Below, piece after piece: positions 1 through 13,355 of a stretch of DNA of 64,000 nt. Each line of letters begins with the position of its first letter. The first letter of the stretch is position 1. Under the pieces are notes generated by a model. That model searched no databases. It was not told the DNA's origin and saw only the letters and a list, made by a program, of their open reading frames with translations. Where the stretch lies: the NCBI GenBank assembly GCA_013239625.1, contig MU053629.1:1267567-1331566 (forward strand), written 5' to 3'. This DNA comes from Lama guanicoe. Its lineage: Eukaryota. The translations under genes were made by a program, and so were the position numbers.

Positions 1-86
1 GTTGCGACATTGTTTGCAGTAACAAAAGATTGGAAACTGGGATGTTTGTTAACAGGAGAATGGATGCTACCCTGAGATCCATTCAT

Positions 87-499
87 TGTCTTAGTTTGAG
101 TTGCCCCAGAAGCAGACCCTGAGACAAGACACAAGGATAAGTAGTTTGTGTGGGAGGTGATCTCAAGTGTGTGACAGAGGAAGCAGTCAATAAAAGGTTG
201 CCCTCTGGTGTACACGGGCATGCTGCCCAGAGCCCCTTTCAAGGGAGGCCTTCCTGCCCAGCTGCTGGGGTGGGTCGGGGTCAGCAGATGGCCTCCAGCT
301 GCCAGCTCCTTCCGGGTCTGCCTCAGCTGCTGAGAATAGCCTTGCCCAAGGTTACTCCCTTCCCTGGGCAGCCGAGGACTGAGAGAGGGACAGGAATTGA
401 GAGTTGACCATTTGGGGGCCACCATGGGACGCTCTGAAGGCCGCTCCTCGCTCCAAAGCCCCTGCAGGTTGGTTGAGGTTCCATCAGGTCTGCATCACA
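87..499. mobile_element. Old ERVL/MaLR-class solo LTR (LTR16/LTR33/MLT1-like) interrupting an old L1
   Basis: Starts TGTCTTAGTTTGAGTTGCCCCAGAAGCAGACCCTGAGACAAG, a typical ERVL-type LTR terminus; flanked by L1ME-like sequence. Right end approximate. Confidence 0.6.
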
Positions 500-939
500 G
501 GTCTGCTTTTCCCCCTGCCCGATCCTGTATCCTCCCCCTTCCTTTTGTGGGTGTTGATGCCTGATAAACACCTCGTGCTCCAAACTCTGGTTCAGCATCA
601 ACTGCTGGAGGCAATGGCCTGAGATGATTATCAGGCAGGTCACCACCTAGGCTGTCACCACCCAGAGCCGAATCCCGCCTGGCAACTCCAGGAGCCTCAG
701 AGTTGTCCTGCCTGAGGAGCGAGGGAGGAGGGAAATTTATCCACCAATTCCCCTCAGGCACAGGTGAGGGCTGCTCCTGGGGGCTGTGGAATCCTTGCCC
801 TCTGCGCCTCCTCCGGTGGCAGGAGAGCCCCAGCATCCAGAGAAAACCCTCAGGCGATGATGTGGGGTGATGGCAGCAGGGGGCCAGGCCTGTGGCCAGG
901 GAAATGGGGGGCACAGAGAGGATGTAGGCCGGCAAGACC

Positions 940-1340
940 CCAACAGGGATGCTGCATTCACATACAGGGATATTAAACAGCAGTGAAAATGAATAAACTG
1001 TTTGTATGTGGATAAACCTCACAAAAGTAACATTGAATGAAGCAAGCAAGTTGCAGAAATTTATAGAAAAGTTTAAAACATGCAAAACAAGAGCAAATAT
1101 TTTTTGAGAGCTGTATATACATAGTAAAAGTATAAAAATATGACGAACAGCAAATTCAGGAGTTGTGACTGCGGGCAGGGAGGGAAGGAGAGATGGAGTT
1201 AGGCAGGTGCACACAGGAGGTCTTAAAATAAAACGGTATTTTTCGTGTTTTGTTTTTATGCTGGATAGTACGCACTTGTGTGATCATTGCATTATAGTCT
1301 AAACTTTTTGTATGTCTGAAAACTTTTCAAATTAAAAAAT
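940..1340 (+). mobile_element. Ancient L1 (L1ME-like) 3' fragment
   Basis: A-rich motifs such as ggataaacctcacaaaagtaacattgaatgaagcaagcaagttgcag resemble L1ME 3' ends; continues the L1 fragment at 1-86. Confidence 0.6.
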
Positions 1341-3196
1341 GTGAATAACCAAAGTAAAATCTAATTTAAAGACTCCAAAAGATCTGAAAGAAACAGGTAC
1401 TGGCTACTGTGAAGGAAATGCCTTGTTTTGCTTTGTTTATAACCAAAAACAGCATTAAGGATGTTTTTAAATATATTTAAAAATGCATCCATGAAAAAGG
1501 TACAAGAATATGCTATAGGAACTATCACATCGGAGAGTAGAAATACTTTCAACTTCACGCCTTCTTTATTGTTTGAACTTTTTTTAACAGGAGCAGAAAT
1601 TGCTTTTTTAAAAAAAAAATAAAAGCACACACAAAAAATAAAATTCCACCAGCCTAACACCACTATTTTCATTCTTATTGATTCCTTTCCACATTTTGCT
1701 CACACGCGTGTATATGTTGTGCTCAGTTGTAATCATATTAAGCATGTATTTTATACTCTACTTTTTAGACTTAATCATACACGATAATGTCCATGAATAC
1801 GTCTCTGTTTCTATATGAACTAAATAGTCCTCATTTTAATGGATACACAATGTGCAGTCATGTTGATGCATGGTGGTTAACAAGTAGTTCCTTTTGGACA
1901 TTGATGTTGCTTTGCTTTCAAACTTTAGACATTGAAATAACTTTATGGTAAATATACTCATGGAGGTTTTTATGTTAAATATAACCTTAGCAGAATCCCA
2001 GGGGTGCAATTACTAAGTCAGGGGGTGTGACTGTCCCCATGGCCTTTGCCACGTAACACAGAGAGCTTTCCCTTTGACAGTGGCTGTTTACTTAGAGCCC
2101 TGGGTCCTCCCAGACACCTAGGAATCTTCATTTTAGAAAGGATCTATTTGGGGCTTTTTTTGTTTTACTGGCTTGTGGGGAGGCTAAAGAAGACATCTGG
2201 GAGGAGATGGGCAAACCCCAGTTTGCCTGAAAAAATGGCTACTTTCTAAGGCATATGAAGAATTTAGGCATAAAGCGGACCTAATTTCTAATCCTGACTG
2301 CTAGTGGCGAGGTGTGTGTCCTCAGGAAAGTGGCTGACCCTCTCCAACACCCTTCTCTGAAATAGACATATTAACTGTGTCAACCTCTTGGGTCTGCTCT
2401 GAGGATGAAGTGAGAACATGTACCTCAATGCTGGATACTGTCCTTGGCCCATAGTGAGTGCTCCGTGGAGATGAGCTGATTCTAAGATCAGCAAAAACGC
2501 TCTTCCTGCAGACCGTGCCTCACGGGCAGAGCCCAGCCGTGCTGAGGCAGAGGCTGCGGAAGCCGCCGGACCCACAAAGCTTCCTGCTGACAAACAAGAT
2601 TCCTGGATGAGGGGCTGATATTTCTCAGTGGCTCTGATGCGGGTGAAAATGCAATGATCGAAGCAAGCAGGGCGGGGATTGGGGGGGGGGTAGTGCAAAG
2701 AATCGTCTCTGGACTTGTGAGCCTGTATCATCTGTTTTGGCCCCAAGATGAGGAGAAACTGGTGAACGCTGAGGAACTATTATGCCCCAGGTGACTCACT
2801 TGCGCTTTGTCCCCCACAGATGAGCTGGGGAGCTGCACTGAACTGTATGTTAAGTTTCCTCATGTGAAATATGGGGGTGATTATCATGCTGGGAAGAAAC
2901 CATTTCTATAAAGCACATGGCACACAGTAGACACCTAATGGTAGCTGTAATTGGAAACGTGCCCCTGGTCACACAGCTAGAAAGAGGAAGCACTGAGATT
3001 GGGGCCGGGTCTCTTGCTTCCAAAGCCCATATTCTTTTCTCCACATCACATGTTTAAAAAGCTATTTATCGTGTGTGATACTGTGTTGACTATTGTGTAT
3101 GGAACACACCGTGTGAATCATGTGTGATGAGACACTGTGTGCAGTGGGGTATGAGGCATGTCATGGCGTGTTTCATGATGAGTTTCGGTCATTGTG

Positions 3197-3293
3197 GTTT
3201 TGGTTTTGGTTTTTAATCAAGGTGCTGGGGATTGAACCCAGAACCTTATGCATGCTAAGCATGCGCTCTACCACTGAGCTATACCCTCCCCCC
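3197..3293 (-). mobile_element. tRNA-Ala-derived SINE (camelid vic-1-like)
   Basis: Reverse complement reads GGGAGGGTATAGCTCAGTGGTAGAGCGCATGCTTAGCATGCATAAGGTTCTGGGTTCAATCCCCAGCACC with Pol III A/B boxes, then an A-rich tail. Confidence 0.9.
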
Positions 3294-4279
3294 GACCCCA
3301 CATTTTATCTCTTTGCAAATACTGTGGTCTATGTGATACAAAATTCTTGAGAAATACTTTCATGGTGATTCAAATAAATCATAAAAAGCCCATAAACCAT
3401 GGGCTTTTTGTGTTATGTTCAGAGTGTTCTATAATCACGAAACTCATCTCTCCAATTACTTCTGAAAATTTCTCTTCTCATTAAGCTTAAAAGGATTGAG
3501 CTTAAAAAGGATCGAGTCCCCCAAGTGTGCAAAGACTTCCCTGAGGTCAGAGCAGCCAGCCAGGAACAGAAATGCCCTCCCTTGGAGCCCTCCCCGCCTC
3601 TCTCTGGATGACAGCTTTCCCTGGAATTAGGAGACATTCACACGAAGAGAGGCAAGTCCAAAGAAAAGTGAAACCTCATTCTGGAGTCTCTACAACTTGT
3701 TGAACCTGTCTGGCTAATAGATAAGGAAACCGAGGACCAGCCAGTCACACTGGTCACGAGTGCTCCATGCTTTTGTGTCTGAAACAAAATTACTAACCAC
3801 CCTCAGGTTTCTGGAAAACAGTGTTTAAGGTTTAGCATCAATATGAGCGATCATATATGAGAACGTCTCTGGTCATGCAGTTAAATTATCACCTTTCTAA
3901 AGTAATGTCTGTTTGAAATCCCCTGTGGTGGGAGCAGTCCACTGCACGTGAAATGACCGTGGGCTCCTCAGGCATGCAGAGGTCTGAATTAGGGGCAAGG
4001 CGTTCCACTTGTCAAGATGCAAGGAAACATCATACATTTCATCTTTCTGGTACCAGATTCCGTACAGGGTCAAATAACTCCTCTTGGCAGTGGTCCTCAT
4101 ATGAGGGACTTGGTCCACCATACTAGGTTATTGTCAGCCTGCTGGACCAGAGTAAGGGCTGCTTGGTAGAGGAAGACCAGGCTTAAGGAACTGGCTCTGC
4201 CCATAGTAGGTACCATGTTTGTGGCCTCAGTTTCCTGATCCAGAAGATGGGTGCAGTAATATTTACTGCATCCTGTCCT

Positions 4280-4670
4280 GTGGCTTCAGATTCAGTCTAT
4301 AGACTGATGCCTCCCAAATTTGAAACTCTGACCCCATCTTCTCCCCTGAGCTCTAGATTTATATATACACCTGTCCACTGGACCTCTGCTCTTGGACGTC
4401 CAATAATCAACAGACCCTCAGACAGAACTTTTTATTCCTGCCTCTCCAAACCTCCTCTTCCCCTCATCTGCCTCTTCTCTTTAACACCATCAGTTTCCAC
4501 CGTCTGCTCAGGCCAGAGACCCCAGAGAGCTGACTCCCCCTCCTTCTTCTTCCACCCTTACTCCATCAGCCAGTTCTGCCAGCTTTCTCTGCTAAAATAC
4601 CCCCAGAACCCGGCCATCTCTCACCACATACACTATTTTCACCTAGTCCTGGCATCTTTTTTGCCAGAAC
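4280..4670. mobile_element. L2 fragment
   Basis: Pyrimidine-rich motifs typical of L2 (tctcccctgagctctagat..., ccatcagccagttctgccagc...). Confidence 0.55.
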
Positions 4671-4682
4671 GTTTGGATATCC

Positions 4683-4975
4683 CTCTCTCTGAACAACGTT
4701 TTAAAATACACAATATAAAATACTGAGGATTACCAAGGAAACCAACCATACTGAAATATATCAAAATATTGTAAAGAATACACTTATGATATATTAATAT
4801 ACATGCTTCATTATTACCACATTAAATGAAAAGGTCTATTGGCAAGTCTAAGAACGGTTATCATTCCAAGGTATTGATGAATATAGACGATGCTTCTAGA
4901 CCTGCAAGAATGTAATATAAAAACATCTGTGATTTCTAGTGGTGACAGCCACAGGTCACAGGCAATGCTCATATT
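4683..4975. mobile_element. hAT-Charlie-like DNA transposon fragment
   Basis: ggattaccaaggaaaccaaccatactgaaata and atctgtgatttctagtggtgacagccacagg resemble Charlie-family internal sequence. Confidence 0.5.
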
Positions 4976-5944
4976 AACGTGATTTCTTGCCTACATTTAG
5001 CATTGAAGGGAATGGTAAGTTTAGATAGAGGGTAATGAAAATAAAGGTTTTTTTTGGGGGGGGGGTTCTGCTCCCTCCCCGCCCCCTACCCTCATCTAAG
5101 AGCATGAACTCCTTGAATTCTGGATGGGAACACCTGACTGAGTCCACACTGTGGCATCTCTGGCCTGGAGTTTTGTAGGACCAACAGGCTCCAGCCCAGC
5201 CTCCCTCAGTCCATTCTCTACACAGCAGGCCCAGTGACCCCCCTCTACCCCCTGCTACCACTCTGTCCTCATTTCTCCCACCCTCCCCTCACTTGTTCCA
5301 CTCTGGTCTGCCCCCAGGGCCTTCATCAGCGATGCTCCTCTCCTCGGTACCCATATGACTCCTTTGCTTCCTTGGGCCTCTGTGCAAACATCACCTCCTC
5401 AGAGAGGCCTTCCAGGATTCCTCCCTGAAATGTGTTACATATGTATCGGTCTGTTTCTTTCTTGTCTGTGTTCCTCGCTGGAGTGTCAGGCCTTATTCAC
5501 CACTATTGGAGGAAACCCTTGCTTCCCTGAAGAGGGGGCTCTAGATGGGATGATGGAGAAATGTGCGGTCCAGACTCATCAGCCATGAGCGTTCTGGCAA
5601 GGGGAGGGCAGCCGGGGAAGTTTTTGGAGAAGCAGAAACTTCAACCCCTGCCCATTGCCATTGTCCTCTGCTTCAGTGCCTTACTTCATATGCCCGGTCC
5701 CCACGTCACCTGTGTTGCCAGGGGACTCCCCAGCTCAGAGCCTGCAGAGCGCCCAGAGGAGAACAGGGCCCCGGGCTGGGGCAAGGCCTGCAGGCACAGA
5801 AGCTGCTGTCTCGGAAGGAATCGTGCCAACCCCGCTGTCACAGTGCACCCCCAGGGGCTCAGCTCCCACCCTAGACTGAGGGTTCCCTACCACACCCCAC
5901 GCTGTTCCCCATAAGAGGCGTGTTGGGAAACACATTTCCAGAAG

Positions 5945-6298
5945 GGCACTCCGTCCATCCGAGCTGCTATAGCAAAACAGCACAGACAGGGCGGCTTCAA
6001 AACAACAGAATTTTATTTCTCACAGTTCTGGAGGCTGGAAGTCTGAGATCCAGGTGCCAGCAGGGTTAGGTTCTGGTGAGAACTCTCCTGGTAAGGACCC
6101 TCCAGGGTCTTCGGCTGGTGGCAGGGGCGAGCAAGCTCTCTGTAGGGCCTCTTATCAGAGCGTAATCTCAACCATGATGGCTCCACCCTCATGACCTAGT
6201 TACCTCCCGAAGGCCCCACCTTCGAACACCATCACCCTGGGGGCTAGGACTTCAGCATATAAATTTCGAGTTGGGACACAAGCATTCAGACCACAGCA
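5945..6298. mobile_element. MaLR solo LTR (MLT1A/MST-like)
   Basis: Diagnostic ttatttctcacagttctggaggctggaagtctgagatc...ggacacaagcattcagaccacagca. Confidence 0.85.
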
Positions 6299-7054
6299 GG
6301 TGCTTCTGCCCTTTATGACTGGTGCTCAGCTGTAACGGATCCTCCCGTAACTGAGTCTGGAATGAGCCTTGAAGGCCTCACTTATCCAGGGTCTGAGCTT
6401 CGCTCTCTCCTGGTCTGGCCCACCTGATCTCTCAGCCACGTTCAACTCCTCCAACCATCATGCTGCCTGTACCCCAGATCACCTGTGGAGCTGCCTGAAG
6501 AGCCACCTGTCGGCCGGCCACAGGACAGATCTCCCACCTCTTGAAACAAATAAAAGCAATGATCTAGCTCATGGCCCAGCCTAATTCACCAGGTTTGGTT
6601 CCCAGATGTTGAAATTTCCTTCCCAGGGCTCTCAGGAACCACTCCTGAGTGGAGTGGTCTGGTGGGGCCGGCCCTGGGCCATGTGGCATGACTTTGCTGG
6701 AGAGCTATAAGTCAGGATCTGGGCTGAAGCTGGGGTCTTCCCACAGGGCTGAGAGGCAGACAGGAGATCAAGCAACAGACCAGCCCCGGCTCAGGCCACC
6801 TTAACATAAACAGGGTAAGAGTACAAACGGAGGCCACAGGCCATATGCCTCAGTATTTTTAAAGGATAAATCAAGCTAACAAAACATGATGTAAAATATG
6901 TCCTGTCTTCCCACCTTGACAAACATACTTTCCTAACAAGGTGGAATGCCAGGTTCAGATTTAGAATGTTCACACTCCTCAAAGTTCCAAGTCCAAGTAT
7001 GGCAGCAGAGCCCCCAACTCCCAACCTGTAGGTCCCCCTGCCCCATTTTCTTTT

Positions 7055-7485
7055 TCTGTTTTTAATTGAAGTACCGTCAGTTACAATGTGTCAGTTTCTG
7101 GTGCACGGCGCGGTGTCCCAGTCATGCACACACATACATATATTTGTTTTCATATTCTTTTTCATTAAACATTATTATAAGATATTGAATATAGTTCCCT
7201 GTGCTGTACAGAATTTATTTTTTTCTATTTTTATACATAGTAGTTATTGTTTGCAAATCTCAAACTCCCAAATTTATCCCTTCCCACTCCTTTCCCCAGT
7301 AACCATAAGATTGTTTACTATGTCTGCGAGTCTGTTTCTGTTTTGTAGATGAGTTCATAGTGTCCTTTTTTTCTCTTTTTTTTTAGATTCCACGTATGAG
7401 TAATATCACATGGTATTTTTCTTTCTCTTTCTGGCTTACTTCACTTAGAATGACGATCTCTAGTTCCATCCATGTTGCTGAAAAT
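7055..7485 (-). mobile_element. Young 5'-truncated L1 3' end with 19-bp TSD
   Basis: L1 3'UTR related to the copies at 22.9 kb and 41.8 kb; perfect TSD CCCTGCCCCATTTTCTTTT at 7036-7054 and 7486-7504. Confidence 0.9.
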
Positions 7486-8513
7486 CCCTGCCCCATTTTC
7501 TTTTCACTCCCAGCTCTGTCTCACACCATGAGGGGCCTTAGGTGAATGCACCTTGACACTCCAGCCCTGCACACAAACAGCTGCCCTCGGCCCCCTCTCG
7601 GCCCAAGATCAGCACAGCAGCTGGGCAATCTGAGAGAGAGCTCATGCGGGCCCTGCAACTGGACTTGGAGGCTCTTGGGTAGGGAATTTGGGAGTTCCTG
7701 GGAACCTGAGGATGGTTTAGTAGGAGGGCACAGCCACTTGGCCTCAGGAACTCTTCACCCCACGGGGAAGGACAGGGCTGGAGGAGGACCAGAGGGCCCC
7801 TGTAAAGGGTAAGGCCCAGGGCGAGATGCCCTCTTCCCCAGGTTCAAGGGCAGCCCCTCCCTGGAGCCCACAGCTGAGCAGGCAGACAGGGGAGGGGACT
7901 GGAGAATGGAGCCCAGGGAGCTTGCCCCAGGCAGGGAGGGAGAAGTAAGTCTGTTTAGAGGGTGCTGGGGACAGAAATGCTAAAGCTTCAAAGGCAAATC
8001 CAACTTATTTGGGGCCATTTCTGAACACCTGCCCTTAAAGGAAGATTTTGCTCTCATTGAGGATCTAAAAAAAAATCCTCCGCAGATTGTTTCAAAACAT
8101 TTTTTTTGTGAAAATTCTAGTATACTGTTGTTTGATGGCTTCACCATTCATAAGATATTCCACCCATCCAGTTTCAAAATCTGAGCAGGGCATTTAACAC
8201 TCTTTCCACAAACACAGGTAAGAACAACGAGGCTTGGGTTGTAGTTGCTATTGTTAACCTTGTTTTTTGATTATGACCAGTTTACGGGAGAAATGCCAAG
8301 GGGAAAAGGGAATGAAAAATGAAAGTAATTTAAAAAATAAATGAAGTGGGATAAATACTGGAAGAAACAGAGATGTATGCATGGATTATGAGGAAAAGAA
8401 ACACAAAAGACCTATTTACACAAATTGACTATTCATAAGCTGGTGCCTTTTAAGAAACGATTGTTAAAGATGTTTAAACTTTGTTGCATTTTTACAACCA
8501 ATAGTGATCTTAC

Positions 8514-8640
8514 CTCTCATCTCGAAGTACTTGCCGTTTGAGTTGTATGAACCTGTTGTGTGACAGATTTCTGATTTCTCAGCGCTTTCTAGAACTGTCT
8601 GGGCGAGAACCTCCAGCCCCAGATCACGGAGGTGGTTCAT
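8514..8640 (-). other. Candidate exon (unverified): 42-codon frame ending at a strong splice donor
   Basis: Minus strand ATG AAC CAC...ATG AGA G|GTAAGA (MNHLRDLGLEVLAQTVLESAEKSEICHTTGSYNSNGKYFEMR); 5 CpGs retained; unique-looking sequence; product not recognised. Confidence 0.2.
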
Positions 8641-10109
8641 CTTGTTTCATAGTCACATAAAAGCGTGAAGCAAGTGGTAAGAGTCAGGCATCTGAATCAG
8701 CAGGACTCCCTTTGGCCCCTCTGGCAATCTGTGATCATCCGTGGTAACTCATTTGTAGGTAGGACTGGAACCTTTTAACAGGTGACATCATATTGTGTCT
8801 AGTGGTCCGCCCTGTAGCCAGGGGCAGGTGCCCATCCCTGAGATACAGATAAAGATGAAGAAGAGAAAGGTGAAGCTGCTTGCCTGGGGTCTGAGAGCAA
8901 GTTAGTGACTGGCAGAGCCAGGACACGAACCGGTGAGCTCCCAGATCTCCTGTCTCCTGGTGCTGGGGGCTTGTTTCTTGGCCTCCCATTGTGTCCCCAT
9001 CCCCCACCTTCGCTCACCTGTTTTCAGTGGAGAAGAGCTCAGGGCATCCGTGCTCCAGCCACGTGCCTGGGCGTGGATGCCCGACAGTGGGAGCATCATT
9101 CTGGGTTCTTCTGATGAGGGGGTGTGGGTGTAACCAGCTGTCTGTGGCAGGGGCGGACCCCACAGGCAGCTCTGGCAGGACCTGTTTCCAAGAAGCAGGG
9201 AAAAAACAGGGTCCAATGGTGCCTTGAAATTAAACATATGACATCCAGGTGGGCCAAATATGGAAACAAAATAATAGCCATGCTTTGGGAAATCACCATC
9301 CTCACCAAGTCTGAGGACACTGGCCCAGATCAAAAGGGAAAGAGGGAGGGAAGGGGCAAACCAAGCAGATGAAGCTGCTGCTTTGAGCCAGGATTGCCCC
9401 TGAGGAGAGACGTCAGGGATGCTGTTAGCTGAGGCAACTGTGCCTGCTGGACGAGCCACGAGTAACTCTCAAGAAGTGGCTGTAAGAGTCAGAGCTTAAT
9501 TAATACTAAATACATGTCTGATGGAAGAATGGCTGGATGCTGGAAGGCCTGATGGATGGGTGGGTGGATGGAGAGACCAGAGTGAAGGACTCAGTGCTTT
9601 GCCATCAGTGTTTCCACAGGCAGCGCGCTCTGGCTGCATTCACTCCTCCGTATTTCTGGAACTGCTTTTCAGGTTGGAATATTGGATTCTGCCTTTAACC
9701 AAATTTTTTTTATTTTTAAATTGAAGTGGGAATTTAATAGGAGCAGCTGAAATCCAGAAGAAATTCCTTCAATCCAGCTGACCTCCCACCTCTCTCCAAA
9801 CCCTCCTACCCACCAGCATCCCAGAAAGAGCCCAGACCCTTCCCATGAGTCATTTTGGGGGAAAATGTGTCATCCCTCTGAGGTTATCTTTACAGAGACT
9901 TGTCACCTGGCAGGTCATATCTGACTTGGCAACTCTGCCAAGCTACAGACATTGGGGTGGGGAACCCGCCATTCAGAAGCCACATTCTAGCCCTTTGCTT
10001 GATTTTATCTAGCCCTTGACAAAATTTACAAAAATATTGACTTGACTGTCATGGGCCTTTGTTGTCTAGTTTTAAGAATTGTTTTGTTCACATGGCAGAG
10101 AAAGTGTTT

Positions 10110-10460
10110 GTCTCGGAGTCAGAAACCCTGGGCTCTGTTCCCAGGCAAGATGTTTCTCACTGTTTGAATCTATTTCCTTATTTGTAAAATGACATGATTC
10201 TCTGCCTGCCCCAGGATGTTGTAGGAATCAAACGCAAATCAAATGACACATCTGAGCATTCTCTACAAGTGTAGATTACTAGTTAGAAGAGTATTTGTTG
10301 AGTGCCTTTTTGATGCCAGGCACTGTTCCAAGAGCTTTACATGAATCAGCTCATTTCATCATCGTAACGTTACCGTGAAGGGGAGGGGGGCATTGTCATT
10401 ACCCTCATGTCTAGATCCGGGAACCAGGATGCCAGCCCAAGGTCACTCAGCCAGAGGCAA
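10110..10460. mobile_element. MIR fragments
   Basis: MIR core motifs (tttccttatttgtaaaatg; gccaggcactgttccaagagctttacatgaatcagctcattt). Confidence 0.7.
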
Positions 10461-12264
10461 GTCAATTGTCTGCCTGCAGAGCCTGCCCGGCACGTTCTGC
10501 ACACACACGTAGGAGCATCACTGCCATCGCCATCTGACTGTCTCTTACTCAAGCCTATCGGTGATGGAGGGGGTGGTTGGGTGGCACTAACATTGATATC
10601 ACCACCAAAGGCTGGTTTCAAAACTTGTACAAGACTCACCATTGCTGCTTGTATTGGTCTGAAACCATCAATAGAGATGTTTCTGTAGATTGGTGGCCCA
10701 CGAGGCCATCACAGAAAAGGAAACTGAGGCTGCAAGAGGTGAAGAACCTCAGTCCATGGTCACCCAGTCAGGGAACAGCATGAATGGGATTTGAACCAAG
10801 CCCCCAGAACCTTCACATCTGCCCTCACACCGGGCCTCCTGTTGTCTGTGTGTCCCACTCAGACACGGTGACAAAGTGAGGGACACATTTTTCTCCTGCC
10901 GCTGGAAGTTCTACATGAATAAGAAACAGTGGTTTAATGAGATGGGTGTGACAAGGCAGAGAGATCATTTTGCAGCAAAGGGTACTGTCTAGGAAAGGAA
11001 GACACGGACAGGACTCAACAGTGGGGCTGGAGTAGGGGCTGTGCAGTGATCAGGGGACACAAGGGGCAAACTCACCCTGTTCCCATCTTCCCTCAGGCCA
11101 GCCTGGTGTTGAGAAGAGGTTTGAAATGAAATGTGTTCATCCATCAAGGCTCTGCCACATGGCTCCTCTCCCCAGGGAAGGCTGTTCCTGGTACACGTAG
11201 CACAAGTGGTTCCTCAGATGCCATCTGGGCTCTGGGCTCACCTTGATATGTCTGCAAGTCCCATATTCTCTACTTTGAAAGGCTGGAAACACATTTTTCC
11301 TTGAATGTGCAACTCTCCCTCCACCCAAGCTATTGAAAAATGAGAATGGGCAAAAATGCCAAGTTGGGCTCCCAAAAGCCAGTGGTTTTCATTCTGGCCC
11401 CAAAATCCAGGGGGATGATTTCCAAAAGCTTTTTTGGTTGCCTAAACACGGTGTTCACCTCATACCATCCAAAGATGTTGTTCAGAATAGTTCCAGACAG
11501 GAGCCCAGGGCGTTTTGAGGAAATTGGGAGCTCCCCTGAGTCACAGCTTTTGACTTTTTTTTAGGTCAAGACTGTTCATCTAAATCTGGCACAAGAGAAG
11601 CTGGTGTTTGAAGCCATTGGAACAAGATGAAAATAGCTCCCCAGCCTCCCTCTCCCTCGCCTTTCCAGCTCCAGCACCTGACACAGAAGTCACCGGGCCT
11701 GCGGCCAGGGCTCGTAGTCCAGACCGTGGTGAAGTTGCCAAGGAGGCTCCCCTGTTAGTTTTGGATCCACAAGTGAGGCTGGGCCTCGGGCTGCTGGGCT
11801 CCACTTGGCCCACAGGCCCCAAACACCTGAGATGTGAAAGACAGCATATGTGGGGCTCTGATCACCCCGTGTGAGGGCACCAGATGAACAAACTGAATGA
11901 CGTGCCATCAGCCGTGGGCTTGGAGGAGACCTGTGTCCGGCCGGTAAGCAAAAGTATCTGCCTTTTCCAAAATGTGTGCACAGTAGAGATACATACTCAA
12001 GAGTCATTGCTAAGATCAGGTTGGTCACCCTGAGCAGAGGAACAAGTTGGAGACATACCCTTCAAACTCCATTAAATTGTGGGCTCCATGGGAACAGCAA
12101 CACGTTGGTCCCATTCACTGGCCTTCCTAACACTCAAACAGTGCCTGGCCCCTGGCAGTAATTAGTTCAAAGCTGTAAATAATTACCGAGTGAACACAAT
12201 CTCTCCTCTTGCAGCTACTGGAATCAGTGTGCTTTCTTGGAAATATTAGACATTTCAGACCCAT

Positions 12265-12957
12265 TTTTTAATTTTATCATTTGTCGACATGTAGTTGATT
12301 TACAATAACATTAGTTTCAGGTGTAAAGCAAAGTGGTTCATGTACATACATATATATTTTTCTTTTCAGATTCTTTTCCATTATATGTTTTTATTTTTTG
12401 CCGGGGGTGGAAGTATTAGGTTTACTTACTTATTATTTTTGATGGAGTTACTGGGGATTGAATCCAGGACCCCTTTTTTTTTTTAATTGAAGTACAGTCA
12501 GTTATAATGTGTCAGTCTCTGGTGAGCAGCATGTCCCAGTCATGCACATACATACATATATACATTTTCATATTTTTTTCATTAAAGGTTATTACAAGAT
12601 ATTGAACACAGCTCCCTGTGCTATACAAAAGAAACTTTTAAAAATCTATTTTTATACATAGTGGCTAACATTTGTAAATCTCAAACTCCCAAATTCATCC
12701 CCTCCCACCCCCTTTCCCCAGTAACCATAAGATTGTTCACCAAGTCTGCAAGTCTGTTTCTGTTTTATAGATGAGTTCATAGTGTCCTTTTTGGTTTTTT
12801 TGAACCCAGGACCTCATGCATGCTAGGCATGCGCTCTACCACTGAGCTATACCCACCCCTCTACCATTATATGTTATTACAAGAAATTGAATATAGTTCC
12901 CTGTGTTATACAGTAGGTCCTTGTTGTTTATCTATTTTATATATAGTAGTGTGTGTC
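12265..12957 (-). mobile_element. Nested insertion: older L1 3' end containing a SINE (12390-12863) that contains a younger L1 3' end (12472-12799)
   Basis: Outer TSD CCATTATATGTT at 12378-12389 and 12864-12875; inner TSD TTGAA(T/C)CCAGGACC at 12458-12471 and 12800-12813 splits the SINE head. Confidence 0.9.
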
Positions 12958-13328
12958 AGACACAGTTTTGTTGAGTAACTTCAGTCCAAAGTTTCTTTGT
13001 CTGTGAAATGGGCACAGGCTCCCCTGCCTTTCTCCCAAGGTTACTGCAGTGACTATGGGAAACGCTCTGCAAGCTGAAGCATCTTACACACGTGAGGGAG
13101 TGTGACGACTGCTGATGGGGGATCTCGTCCCCTGAGCCCTACCGTGCCTGACTGTGAAAGCAGTCAGAACCTGAAAGTATGTTGAAGATGTGAGTTCTTT
13201 CTTTTGATCACGAAAGATGGTATCTTTAAAGATTTTTACACTTTTTGCTTATGGCACTGAAATGTGGCCACCCCGTGGGGGTAATGAGTATCAGCATCCA
13301 CGAAAGGGACATTATCATCATAAGTGGC

Positions 13329-13355
13329 CAGGTGTGAACCGGGAAGTCACACCTG
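13329..13355. promoter_or_regulatory. Inverted pair of T-box half-sites/E-boxes around an ETS-like core (candidate enhancer motif)
   Basis: CAGGTGTGA-ACCGGGAAG-TCACACCTG, a perfect 9-bp inverted repeat; AGGTGTGA is the T-box half-site consensus. Confidence 0.3.

Noticed and set aside
495..1214. Longest ORF (239 aa, minus strand)
   Set aside because: Spans an old L1 relic and GC-rich sequence; no recognisable domain; most likely a chance ORF.
3380..3412. 11-bp hairpin followed by Ts, like a bacterial terminator or pre-miRNA
   Set aside because: Mammalian context, too short for a pre-miRNA, plausible by chance in 64 kb.
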